Below are positions 27,800-40,770 of a DNA stretch of 64,000 nt, one piece after another. Made by a program: the position numbers and the translations under genes. The notes below the pieces were generated by a model. It ran no database searches. It worked only from the letters and a program-made list of their open reading frames with translations, and was not told where the DNA came from. This stretch comes from Eledone cirrhosa (Eukaryota): the NCBI GenBank assembly GCA_964016885.1, contig OZ024740.1, forward strand, positions 116,622,001 to 116,686,000. The letters run 5' to 3'. Position 1 is the first letter of the stretch; each line of letters begins with the position of its first letter.

Positions 27800-29280
27800 A
27801 TTTGCCATAGAGTAGCAGTGGTGCAGTAGTTGTGACTCGGCCACTTCACGAACTTAATTTCGCCACAGACCGTTGAAGCCTGAGTACATCTGCTTTTGTC
27901 GATTAGTGCTTTAACGAGCAGTCTCTTCCGAGTCGACCTCTCCCGCTATACCCATCATCATTTATTCTCAATCAACCTGACTGCGCTGAAAGAGAATGAT
28001 GCCAGTTTTCGGCCCATCGCAAAGTCTTTCGACGACTCGAGATCAAAATAGCCTGCATGTCTGTTGTGGAGAACATCAAACAGGAATTGTTGGGTTTGGC
28101 GCGGACGACCTTCAGAACACCATCTCAGCCATATTGTTCTTCAAAGACAAGTTTAACTCGTTTACGTCAGAGGCGATAAAAGTGAGTCATGGGGAAACTT
28201 AATATAATGATGCCGTACATAGTATTCAGTTCATTCTCACTGAGATACAATTTACCCGGAGTGACGATGCCTACATGTTCGGCGTTCCAATTTTCTCGAA
28301 AGTGCTGACGTGGTGAGGATGACGAACAGATTACCCTTTATAGGAATTTAATTTCAATAAAAGTTTTGATGACACCGGCTGGAAATAGGCGAAATTCTGT
28401 GTTGTTCAGTGGAATAAGCCTCCACTTAACATCAGACCTTGCACCATCGGTCTACCTTTCATCCATCGTATCCAGTCGCACCATCATCAACGTGTTTCTA
28501 CGCAAATCACCGGAATCTAATGTAGCCTGGAAACGTGTGTCGGCTCTGGCTGTTTGGGTTGGTGATGGCTGCATTGTCCCTCAGTATGCAAGTTACCAAC
28601 GTAACTAGGACGATATCAAGTGCAGCCAGGTCTGCGTGGGAATCGTGTCTTCCCTGGACCAACTCCAATTCTGTGCACTGTTCATCAAGCAGTAGTCTTC
28701 TTGGTGCTTAGTGTACACGCATCGGAGCAGTTTAGCCTGCGCCTTGGCCTCCACGAGTGTGAGTCACAGAAACACAACAGTGGATTACTATCGACGAGTT
28801 CGTACTGCATCCTCTTGTCGTCACACTGCAAATCAGTTACCTTGGCTTGAATTACGTCATCAGAGGATCCCTAACGTGGCCGGTTTCCAGTCACGATTGG
28901 AGTCTGTCTGCTTTGACTATAGCGACGGTAAGTGCCCAGACAGGATAACACTTTTCCCGTTCGTGTGGGGTTGTTCGTTAATATGGAATACCATATGTTG
29001 AGACACCTTCTTGTTTTAGATTTCATCATCTTGGCTACAAATCCGGGCACCTCCGCCCGAAATGCAGAGGAGCAGAAGATAATGTGTTGGTTGCCATCTA
29101 GACCTCCAGTGTCCTCGGTCCTCGGATAGTTGTTTGGAATGTATTTCGCTTGAGGAGGGAACCTCGTGAGGTGGAATGGCTGATGCAGTGGGTGTCGCTG
29201 GTTGATCTCTGTAGCAATGCTTTCATCATCTTCTTCGAGAGGTGCAGCCGAGATATACCGCAACTGAAATGTTTACCCTC
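27800..29280 (+). mobile_element. Highly decayed CRE-like (RLE) non-LTR retrotransposon, 3' part
   Basis: LES...DGKCPDRITLFPFVWGCSLIWNTIC resembles LEP..DGKRPDG.TL.PW..G..L.WD.T. DLAPSVYLSS at ~28435 and QWVSLVDLCSNA (like QRLS.A.QRGNA) at ~29190. Confidence 0.6.
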
Positions 29281-29544
29281 TTCCTTTGCCACCTTTCCTC
29301 TTTAAAAAAAATACTTTCTTTCTCTCACCACACACACACGCACACACACACAGACACCCACCCACACACGCATACACACAAAGACACACACACACACATA
29401 CACACATATACATCGTAGATCTAGATCGTCACTTTCTCTCACTTTCGAAAAATGTATTTGTTTACGGGAAGTTGATAATAGATAACATGTGGGAACGAGG
29501 GAAAATTTAAAATAAAATGAATTCAAATTCCACCAGATGTCTTC

Positions 29545-30065
29545 CCGATGTTTGTATGTATCTGTGTGTATGTATCTGTGTGTGTATGTATGTGTGTGCG
29601 AGGTGTGTTGTCATGTGTGTGTGTGTGTGTCAGTGTGCGATGTATGTTGTGTGCATGTTTGTCAGTGTGTGAGATGTGAGTGTGTGTGTATGTTTCTCAG
29701 TGTGTGAAGTGTGTGTGTGTGAAGTGTGTGTGAGTGTAAATGAGGTTTGTGCTTGTGTGTGTATGAATGTATGTGAAGTGAGCGTGTATGTTTGTGTGTG
29801 TATGTGTGTGTGTGTGTGTGTATTTGTCAGTGTGTGAGATGTGTGTGTATGTTTGTCGGTGTGTGGAATAAGTGCGCGCGTGTGAATGAATGTGTGCGTG
29901 TGTGTCAATGTGTCAAGTGTGTGTGTATCCATTTGTTAATGTGGGAAGTGCGTTTGTACATGAATAAGTTCGACAGAGTGTGTGGTGCATGTGCGTGGTT
30001 GTATGTGTAAATGAAATCTATTTGCATTTGTGTGTATGTGTATTTTTGTGTGTGTCTGTATGTAT
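29545..30065. repeat. Degenerate TG-rich low-complexity tract
   Basis: Read directly. Confidence 0.85.
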
Positions 30066-31594
30066 GTAAGAGAGGAAGGGGTGGAAAAGCCAAATATTAT
30101 CTTTTTTATTACGTTTTCTCTAGATTAAGAGATATATTTATTAGTAATTATTAAATAATGAGTTAAGATGCTCTCAATTACTACCATTATTCATCTTTAG
30201 TAATAAAGAAAACAATAACAAAACAAATAAACAAGAAATAAAAAAATAATTAAAGAACACTATGTCTTTAATGGAAAACAATAAAGACATTCTTACCATC
30301 ATATAGTTAAAACATAAATAAACCAGACAGCTGTGTAGTGAAGGAGTTCGCTTCTCAACCATGTGCTTCTGGGATTAGTCTCATTGCTCAGCTCCTTGGG
30401 CCTAGTGTCTTACCGAAAGCATCGGTTTAACCAATGCATCGAAAAATGTTTTATTGTAAAAAATGCAAGTGTATGAATATGGAAAAGGAAGGGAAAGGCA
30501 AGGGCTCTAGGCTCACAGAATAATGGGAGGGGGAAACGGAAGGGTGTTGGGCTCTAGACCCAGGGTGCAGCGGTGTTGGATTATATGTTTTCATATAATC
30601 CACAATTAATATACATGTGTGTATATGTGTTTGGGTTTGATTACGTTTACGTCTGTGTTTATGTCCCATAATTTAGCGGTTCGATAAAAGGAGATCGAGG
30701 AAATGCATCTCCGAGCCAGTAAAAACAATTAGAGAATGACATGAATTTAGTGGTGTACTTAATGCCGCACGCTGAAAATCATGAATAGAAATGTTCTTTT
30801 TTATTTTTGGAAAATCTTTAGCAACAGTTGTTAGCGATTCCCTATGAAAAGGGTAGATAATTTGAAGAAATAAAAAATATATATCTCAAAATTAGTTCGC
30901 GTGCTTCAGAGAAAGATTTTTCTTTGTTTAAAGACAAAGAACAACTATTAAACGCATCAGTATAGTATAGGTTACTCAATCTTGCTTGATTAGATGAAAA
31001 AGATTTTTACACAGAGTTACGAATAATTATTGGTTAGTATAATTTCGGGTCTTCGCTCTCTGAGTTCAAATCCCTCCGATGTCAATTTTGTCTTTCATCC
31101 ATTCAAGTTCAATAAAAAGAGTACCAGTCTAGTACTGGGGTCGATTCTTCCTCTATTTTTCTCACTTCCATTCTATCACCCTCTCTATCTTTCACTGCAA
31201 AAAATCTCCAGAGAGGAGATGGGTTCCACCAGGTTTTTAAAAAATGCCCTAAAAACGCTGTATGTCAACACGACGCCTCTACAACACCCTCAGGAATAAC
31301 AGGACCATATATATACAAATACTAGGATAGTTTTAATCGACTATTTTCATCCTCCCGCACAAAAAAAAACAAAAACGTATTGTCCCTCGAAAAGTGTTAT
31401 GGTCTTGTGCGTATGTTTACATAGTTCATTAGTACAAACATAATACAATTTCATGTCATCCGGTGTTTAACGGCAATCGTAGTACATAATCGGGCAATAA
31501 AATGAATGTACATGAAATTATTGATTTTGCCGAAATTCTCCGTTATATAATGGAGACTTCAAATGAAAAATCACATAAAGACGTTCTTTCATTT

Positions 31595-32035
31595 AAAATA
31601 TATAATACATATAAAAAAGGTCGGCTGTATGAGGCCTGCTGCATGGTAGTGAAACATGGGCAATGACTGCAGGATATGAATAGGCTGGAGAGAAATAAAG
31701 ATAATATGCTTCGTTGGGTGTACAATGTTAATGTGAGAGAAAGGCAAGGCCTGGATGAACTGAGGGAGAAAATGGATTTAAGAGGTATCAGAAGTGGTGT
31801 GAAAGAGAGAAGAGTGCGTTGGTACGGACATGGATGATCGCTGGGTGAAGAAGTGCCAGGATATCCCAGTCGTAGGAAGCCGCAGTAGAGGTAGACCAAG
31901 GAAGACCTGATGGTGAGATCAAATCGCTGAGACTCATAGAACTAATGAAGGAATGTTGCGAGTGGAGATATACTGTGCCGACATATGCGAGCGCGGAAAA
32001 AGAGACGTAAAAACAATGATGATGTTGATGATGAT
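31595..32035 (+). mobile_element. RTE-clade LINE 3' fragment
   Basis: KGRLYEAC..RLERNKDNMLRWVYNV..ELREKMDLRGI..RRVRWYGH..RGRPRKT, ending GACGTAAAAACAATGATGATG. Confidence 0.8.
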
Positions 32036-33039
32036 ATCACAGAATCCGGATATATGAAATGAAAATAAGTTGCTAAATAATGTTCTGATTATGTTCGGAG
32101 ATTTATGAATATCTTGGACATGCAATGGAGACAAAACAAAATATTTCTCGAAAGTGTTCCTCTGTTTTAATTCACCATTACGTTTCACAGAATTTCGGGA
32201 ATCTCCGGCAATCACCGTAAATTATCGAACAATAAAATGAAATTATCAATTTAAAGGAATGTAAAATGAGATTAAGCGGTGCTCTAGCATGGCCTCAGCC
32301 TCTCGGCTGGAACACGTAATAGAGTAATAATGTCCCAATTGTTAATGCCATTAACTATTACTTATGTTAGAAAAGAAGAAACAATATAGAAAAGTTAATG
32401 TGGTGTGGTAAATAAATCTATACATATATTTTCCGAACACAATGGAACCAAAATCCTACTCTTACTGCCTCCGTCTCCCCCCTCCATCTCTCACCACTGT
32501 GAGCAAATGGGGACCCACGTGACAGAATAGAGAAGGCGCTTCCCTGGAGGAGGATATGGGAGACGTGCTAGAAAATACATTCCAGCTCGCGAGGCCCACT
32601 TTAGCGGGTAGCCAACTGTGCCGATGGTGGTGAGTAGGGAGGTGGTCCTAAGCCCAAGGACACCAGAAGTCTACAGAGATTACCGAGATTCTATAATAGG
32701 TAAAGGAGAATATCACATATTATCGTAATAGAACAAGCAAACCTTTATATGTTTGATACATTTGCGAAGACGTTCTTTCGCTTGAAGTCCTAATAATGTA
32801 TCTCCGAATTCCAGCAATATCTGGTAATCTCCCCACCTTTCATTGCTTAACTCTCTTGTCTTTTTCTTTTTCTTCTTTGCCTTTCTATTTTCTAGGAAAA
32901 GTGGACGTAAAATGATGATGAGGATGATGATTGTATGCAAAGAAAATAAAGGGTATTTTGAATCTGGCAATAATATGAATGTAAAATAGAATTATTGATT
33001 TAAATGAATGTAAAATGAATTTAAGTTGGACAATAAGGT

Positions 33040-33410
33040 CTCACCTCTCTTTGCTCGAAATAGCAGCCAAATTTCCTTCAAATATCACATTACATTCTGA
33101 AAACAAGTGACATTTTATGTGACCGTTACGCATGCTAAAAAGTGCTGCCAAATATTCCTCATATTAACTAAAACCTAAAAACGAGTAAACCAATGTGATT
33201 TTTTTAACGCCAAGTCTTTATCATGTCACTGTTTAACACTGTGTCAGCAAAATGTTCCCCAAATCAAGGGAATCTCGATGTAGATGCTTCACATGCAAGA
33301 AATAACAGCTAAATCTCCTTCAAATCACATGTTACTGGTAGAACAATTAAGCATTTAGGTGGTGAAATAACATGCTAGAAATAACAGTCAGATCTCCCTC
33401 AAATCTTCTT
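33040..33410 (+). repeat. Cluster of a short dispersed repeat GCTAGAAATAACAGCCAAATCTCCCTCAAATCAC
   Basis: Copies at ~33055, ~33295, ~33374 and ~35475 (+), and ~16415 and ~34365 (-). Confidence 0.6.
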
Positions 33411-33632
33411 CCGCGGGGTTTGGAATCAGAAAGCAAAGAAGGCGTGTTAGACCTCTTGTCTGGTTTTTATTAAAACTTCTTTAATAGTCAAAATAGTTAT
33501 ACACACTATAACACTTTTACCGAGAAAAACAAAACAAGAGAAAACAAACACAAACAACAATAGCTATTCTGATAAAACAACTAAATCAGAAAGATATTGC
33601 TAGGAAGACTATTACAAAGAAAAAATAAAAGC

Positions 33633-33714
<82 letters not shown>

Positions 33715-33912
33715 GTGTGTGTATAGGTTTTCTAATGCTTTTATTATATATATATACGTGTACACATTTTTACACATATATATATATACATACATATGTA
33801 TATATATATGTATACACATATATATGCATATATATATATGTATATATATATGTATATATATATATGTATGTATATATTCTTTTATTCTTTTATATTATAT
33901 ATATATATATTG

Positions 33913-34009
<97 letters not shown>

Positions 34010-34736
34010 GTAATAGATAAACTATCTCTACATGTAATAAGTAATAGAGTTTCATATCAACGACATAAAGAAAACATGAAATCATGTAGAAGACATCCTA
34101 ACCTAATTAGCGTATTATTAAATACATTTATGTTTTATCAGTTTTTCCATCAATCCCAGCTGCCTTTATTGTGACGCAATAAATGAACCGTTATCTGTAG
34201 TCATGGTAACAAATAAAAAGCAAATAAAATGGAATTTGAGTTAACATACATCGTTGTCAACCCTCCTCATACTCAGCGAACATATAGTCAAAGGAACTCC
34301 AGTCATGACCACCCTGCCATTTTTGGTATTTGTTAAACTGTCTCTTCTTTATATAACAGCTAGTGGTGTGTGATTTGAAGCAGATTTGAGTGATACTAGC
34401 TGTTAAGGTGACCACAAACTCCCTTTACATTCTGAGATTAAATCAACATTACCTTTCATCCTACTTATAAAATAATGTACCAGTCAAATACTGGGCTGAT
34501 TTAATCAATTTTGCTAGTTATATAACTAGCTGCTTATAGATTGAGAGTTCACCATATTGTTAGGAATCGATACTAGACGTTTTTAGAAATGTTTAAGAGG
34601 CACCGATATTTCATTAATACTCACTTCCTTTGTAAGGATTAATACCGAAAATGGATTGGCGAGTACTGAATGTTTAACATCTCCTATGTTGAGATATCGT
34701 ATGGAGATAGAAGATACAGAAGGGGAGTTGTTTATG

Positions 34737-35056
34737 TGAAGGTGCATGGATTAGTGATTAAGGTATTCGTCTCACGATCGTAAGGCCTTGAATTCGGTTC
34801 CTAGTGGCATGTTGTGTCCTTGAGAAAGACACTTTATTTCACGTTGCTGTAGTTCACTTAGCTGGAAAAAGGAGTTATACATGTAATTCAAAAGGCCAAC
34901 CATGTCACACTATATCACACTGAATTTTCCTGAGAATAACGTTATGCGTATATATCTGTGTAATGCTTAACCGCTTGTATGCTAATTTCACGAGCAGGCT
35001 GATCCATTGATTAAACAGCTGGAAGACTCGTCGCCGGAACCGACGGAGGCCCAACT
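34737..35056 (+). mobile_element. Full-length family A (MetaSINE-like) tRNA-derived SINE
   Basis: tRNA-like head, GTTGTGTCCTTGAGAAAGACACTTTATTTCACGTTGCT core, 3' end CCGACGGAGGCCCAAC. Confidence 0.85.
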
Positions 35057-36542
35057 CACACACACATTAGTAATTTTGAAATTTTTGTGGGGTTGATGTC
35101 AAGAAACAAAATGATGCATTTGCTAGGTGCTTTCTTTAATCAATATCTTTTGGAGGGAAGTTTCTAGTGGTTAATGTAGTGATGGAGTAGTTGTGCAACT
35201 ATGTTTGGAGAATGGAGGTAAGAGGTAGCTGTGATAACATCTACGTATAAAGCTGTATGTATAATTTGTGGAGGTGTGGCTATTTGAATGGGTAACCGTT
35301 AGAAAGAATGGATGAGAATGTTTTGTATTAAAGATGAGATGAATATTTTATTCATGACGGCGTAACGAAGATTGAAATAATTTTCTTTGATGTTAGTAAT
35401 TGTTAGAATGGTGTATGTAGAATGTGTTATGTATACAAGCCAACAAGTGAATCTCTATTCAATTACACAACTTGCTAGAAATAACAGCCTAATCACACTA
35501 TACAGACTTTAAAAAGTCTCGTTGGATAATGCAAGCTTCGAACATATTCGTATATTCCAGTTGCGTTATTTTGGAGTTACCAACATTTGACGCACCCACC
35601 CTTTTTCTATATTAAACCTATTAAAACGTGATTAATTTTATTTATTTAAAAATGTACTTAATGACACATTTTCATAAGCAGTAAAAGCTTTTAATGAGAT
35701 GGATATCCTTGATGCAAGAATATCAACTTATCAACTTCAGGATGAAAGCGATCTACAAAGAGGATGAAAGCGATCTTAAAATCCACATGTTTTGTATTTT
35801 GCATCTATTTTTGTTTAGAAAGAAACAACTAACCGTCTATATGTTGTTTGAAAAGAAATAGACTTTCTTGGTCTTATTCTACAATAACACTTATAGAGGA
35901 CTTTGGCTTTAACTAAATTTTATTTACCTCTAGTTGTCCTGTTTCCTAAATCCAAATGTATATAGGTCTAGAATTGGCATAAAATAAATTCTTGAAATAT
36001 CCCTGTCATGTCTTTAAGCAGATTTTCTACTTGTATTCAATTCTATTACTCTGAAAAACCCAGGAATTGAAAGAATTTGCAGCCACCAACGTTACATTAA
36101 AATATTTTTCTCATTAAATAAACTAAGAGGAAGAGTCAGTACCAATGTAAGTTATGTTGCAGTGAAGAAAGTCCATTTTGGGGAATAAATATTGAGTTAC
36201 ATAGAACGGGATTTGTGCGGCACACTATATTAAATGTAATTAAGAGAATAGAAGAGGTGGATGGAAAATGGAAATAGAAAGGATTTGTCTTTGGTAAGGT
36301 TCACACCATTTTTTTGAAATTGCAAATTGGTTTCTTGAAATTGCAAATTGAACTTCGACTAATATTGTGTTTGATAGTTATTAGTTTTAAAATTTCATTA
36401 CCGAGAAAAGCATTCATGTTTGAACGGAAGCTCCCATTGTTTCTAAAATCAATTAAATGCGTCTTACGAATTTCCCTTTTGAGAGTCATTTAACAATAGC
36501 GTACATTAGCATATAAAAATAATTATAACAGGCTCGAGAGAA

Positions 36543-36621
<79 letters not shown>

Positions 36622-36654
36622 TGAAAAATAAAGACAGAGAAAGAACCAATTCAA

Positions 36655-37070
36655 GAAGTTGTACTTTATTTAACGATCTCGAAAGGATGACAGGCAAAAT
36701 TGATCTAGGCAGGATTTGAAGGATTTGAATTCAGAGCGCAGATAGTCGAAACGGACATAGAGACATTTTTAATCAGACACCCTAACGAGTCCACCAATTC
36801 GTCGTCTTAATAATAATAATAATAATATTGGCTTCTGATTTAGGCACAATGCCAATAATTTGGGGAGGGAGGGAAAGTCGATTAAATCAACCCCAGTGTA
36901 TTTCTGATACTATACTTTATCGACCATGTAAGGATGAAAGGCAAAGCTAGCATCGGCGGGATTTGAACTCAGAACGTAGAAAGTCCGAACTAAATACCGC
37001 AAAGCATTTTGTTTGACGCTCTACCGATATTGCCAATCAATAATGTTTTCTAATTTAGGCACAAGGCCAA
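36655..37070 (-). mobile_element. Tandem family B SINEs (2 copies plus the edge of a third, cut by Helitron sequence)
   Basis: Family B cores at ~36660 and ~36900; the third begins TTTAGGCACAAGGCCAA at 37054 and is interrupted at 37071. Confidence 0.85.
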
Positions 37071-38451
37071 CGGGATGCGAGGAATAAATACATCTTCTCT
37101 CCTACCAACTCCAGTCATGATTGTGGCTTCAATGACATGACGCAGAATCTGCTTGACTGCAAGTCGTGTGCCATTGCAGAGCTTTAACATTTTTCTTCTG
37201 GAAAATCGGATCTTGCGGCCAGGCCGGGACTTTTTGGGTGGCATATCAGCAGTAACAATGAAGATAAGCTGTATGTACTTTCGTACAGTTGAACTAAATG
37301 TAAACAAATCACTGCGTAGTTAACGAAATAAATACAATGTTTGTTTATATTTTGTTTTTGTAGTTCTGTGTTCCGATGTATTGTGTGTTTGTGTATGCAA
37401 AAATATCTGTACACGAATATATAATTTGCTGCGTCATGTCATTGAAGCCACAATCATGACTGGAGTTGGTACTCGCATCCCGTTGCGGCCAGCCGACTTA
37501 CCCTTTCAAGCGACTTCAGTTTCCAATAAGACTAAGCTTCGTAATTACCATCAAGAAAGCTCAGGGTCAAACCCTAAAAGAGGCTCGCCTTCATCTGGGA
37601 AAACCATGCTTCTCCCATGGTCAATTGTATGCTCTAGGGTGAGCTCGCCAAACAATCTCTTCATCTTTGCTCCCGAGGGCCGAACAAAAAACATTGTGTA
37701 CTCTGAGGCTCTAACGTTGTAATTTATGTATTTTCTGTTACTTGGAATTTCCATTACGATTGTACAAATTATTGTAAAGTTTGTTAAAAAATGTGTTCTC
37801 TGTTCAGCCTTTATTGTTGTAACTATCAATTTTCTTTAATACACTGGCTGCTGAACCGGGGAATCCTAAAAACTATTCAAACCCAACATCAGAGCACGTT
37901 ATCCCCCCCCCCCTCGTGCGTAATTGATGGGGTTGTCTATTGTGTGTGTGTGTGCGTGCGTGCGTGTGACAGATGGTTACATAGGGCGGTCAGGTGAATA
38001 TCAAAGATAATTGGGTTCAAAGGGTCAGGGGAAGGAGTTAGACACGCGCCCACTATATTCCTTGCTACATTAATTGCCAGTACATTAAACTAGCAGACCC
38101 AGCCGGATAGCGCCTGGCGGTGGGCCTGCATCAGATCTTTTAGAAAGCCCCCACAACCAGTGCGACAATAGCAGGATTGTGGCAAAACTAATGGTCCAAC
38201 ACCAGTGTTGTAACTTTTACCACGGAATCGAGTGATTATGGTCGTTGAGCATTCCAGAGCTGGTGGTGGTCGTATTTTTCACGCGTCAGAAATGAGTCAC
38301 CACAATAGCTCCCCACCCCCTTGATACGTACTCGGAACGACAATGTGACTTGAGAGGGTGTGCGGTATCTTTGCACTGGAGTGGAGGGGGGCTTCTTGAA
38401 AAGATAAAATGCCGGTGTACCTATCGGGCGCCAGCCGGACGGGCCAGCTAG
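37071..38451 (+). mobile_element. Rearranged Helitron 3' remnant with PIF1-like helicase fragments
   Basis: Minus 37072-37185 KLCNGTRLAVKQILRHVIEATIMTG..VFIPRIPL. Plus 37426-37720 RHVIEATIMTG..RIPL.PADLPF..KRLQFPIRLSFVITI.KAQGQTL..CFSHGQLY..SRV..TKNIVY.EAL. 3' hairpin and CTAG|T at 38448-38452. Confidence 0.85.
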
Positions 38452-38921
38452 TATAATATATGTCGCAAAATAGTTGTCGAAATTCATGGAAATTAAAATG
38501 GTACATTGTATTTGTACACTGGTTTCTCCTCACCCCGAGCGGATAAATCTTTTGCCTTGTACACTTAACATATACTGTGTATTTGTCATTAATCACAACT
38601 TCGAAATGCTTATGTAATATTTTAGCTAATTTAAAAATAATATGGCAGATACACAGAGCACGTTATCCAGTTTCACCATGCTTATAGTTTAAGTAAGATT
38701 ATGTTTAAAAACAATCTTAACATTCTAGCCAAATGGGAATAATATTTGTCTAAATCTGGTATATACTGTAATTTTGAGACGACGACTGTAATATATTAAG
38801 TCTTCTTTAGTAAGAATTCATTTAAACTAGATTTACTTGATGGAATGGTGTTGTAATAGATAAAAGATGGCGTGTGTGGATGTGACGAAACAAATACATG
38901 GGAATATTTGTAAGAAAATAA

Positions 38922-39137
38922 TTGTTTCTACTTTTGGCACAAGACCAGCAATTTGAAGGGAAGTGGAAAGGAAATTAAATCGACCCCAGTGCGTTACTGG
39001 TATTTTATTTTATCAACCCCGTAAGGATAAAAGGCAAAGAAAACTACGGCGAGATTTGAACTTAGAATGTAAAGGAACGTAACTATATGCCATAAAGCAT
39101 GTTGTCCAACGCTCTACCGATTCTACCATCCCAGCGC
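38922..39137 (-). mobile_element. Family B SINE, full length
   Basis: Complete consensus from CTACTTTTGGCACAAG to CTACCGATTCTACCATCCCAGCGC. Confidence 0.9.
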
Positions 39138-39769
39138 TCTAGTTTGTAAGAAAATAATGTAATCAATCAAAAAGATTTAACTGTTGCTGTTGCTTCTAGT
39201 CAGTTTTCGTATAATTTGGTTTCAGTGATTGGGCTGCCGCCATGCAGGGGCACAGTCTTGATTTAGTTGATCATATAGACCCCAGTACATATTTTTTCAA
39301 ATCTGATATTTATGTTATCGATCTCTTTTTTCTCGGGTTGATGAATAAAGTAGTAATTCAGTACTGAGATATTAATTTCAAAACGACTTTTCTTTGAAAG
39401 AACGCATGTATTGGAATCTGTGGTAAGAAATTCTCAGGAGAGTTTGACAGCGGAAGGCCTTCAGAGAAGTAAACCTTCTCAAGCAAGTGTTTCGGCCAAC
39501 ATTTGTTTGAGAGGGGTGGAGATGGGTGGGGTTCTTCTCTGTTGTTACATAAATAATAAAAATTTATGTTAGTCGTTTACTGAATATTTTATAAACCTTT
39601 TCTTAGAAAGGATGGCTAACAAAGGTTGTTGCCATGGATATATATTACATGTCGTCATAGACATATTACAAATATATACAAAACAAAGGCGAATTGATTG
39701 GAAGACAGAATACGTCAATGTTTTTAAAATAATTACATTCATAAATTCTTGAAGGCGATTGATTAAATC

Positions 39770-40770
39770 TGTGGCTGGAGCAGACCGTTAGGCAGGAGGA
39801 GAGTGACCTGGTGGTGGAACAGTAAGGTGGAGGAGTCTATCAAGGGCAAAAAGCAGGCGTGGAAAGAATGGGTAGGATGGGGGTAGTAGAGAACTCTATC
39901 GGGTAGCTAGGAGAGAAGCTAGACAACAACGGGAGGACCAAAGATGTGAGATATTCAGGATTGCGAAGCAATGTGTCAAGGAGAACTGTGATATTGTCGG
40001 GGAGACGTGTGTCCGTAATGACGATGGTGTACTTACCCTCACTGACAGTGATAAGAAAGTAGCTTGGAATGGAATAAAGATAAAGATAGTCTGCCCCACA
40101 TCGATCCAATCAAAAATATGAAGGGGATAGTTGCTGAAATGCTGAAGGTATCTGGAATGGTGGGACATACTATGGTCACTTGGATAGTAAACCAAGTAAT
40201 ACAGAAAGGGGTCATACCAAATGACTGGCGTAGCATCATCATCATCAACTGTTACAAGGACAAAGGAAATGCCCTGGATAGAGGAAACTATAGGGGTATT
40301 AAATTAGTTGACCAAGTCATGAAAGACAAAGAGTTATTACTCAACTGATTAGAGACCAAATTGATCTAGATAAAATGCAGTTTGGGTGACAGAGTCCCAC
40401 ACACCTTCATCTTGTGAGAGATATACAAGCCATGTATAGAGGAACAGTCAGCAAGGTTAGAGTTAACGATGAATATGATGAATTTAGCGTAATAGTAGGG
40501 GTTCACCAGAGCTCCTTCCTTAGCCCCCTCTTATTATTGTCCTACAGGCTATAACAGAGGAGTTTAAGACTGGCTGCCTATGGGAACTTCTATATGCAGA
40601 TGATCTAATTCTCATAGCTGAATCCATGACTGAACTAGAGAGGAAGTTCCAAACATGGAAGCATGGCCTTGAATCAAAAGGCCTTAGAGTCAACTTGTCT
40701 AAGACTAAGGTTCTAGTATGTAGAATGAGAATAAGGTTCAGGTACCCTCTGGGAAATGGCCATGCTCAGT
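39770..40770 (+). mobile_element. RTE-clade LINE reverse transcriptase pseudogene fragment
   Basis: GIVAEMLK..IPNDWRS..NCYKDKGNALDRGNYRGIKL..GVHQSSFLSPLL..WELLYADDLILIAES..GLESKGLRVNLSKTKVL, with stops and deletions. Confidence 0.9.
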
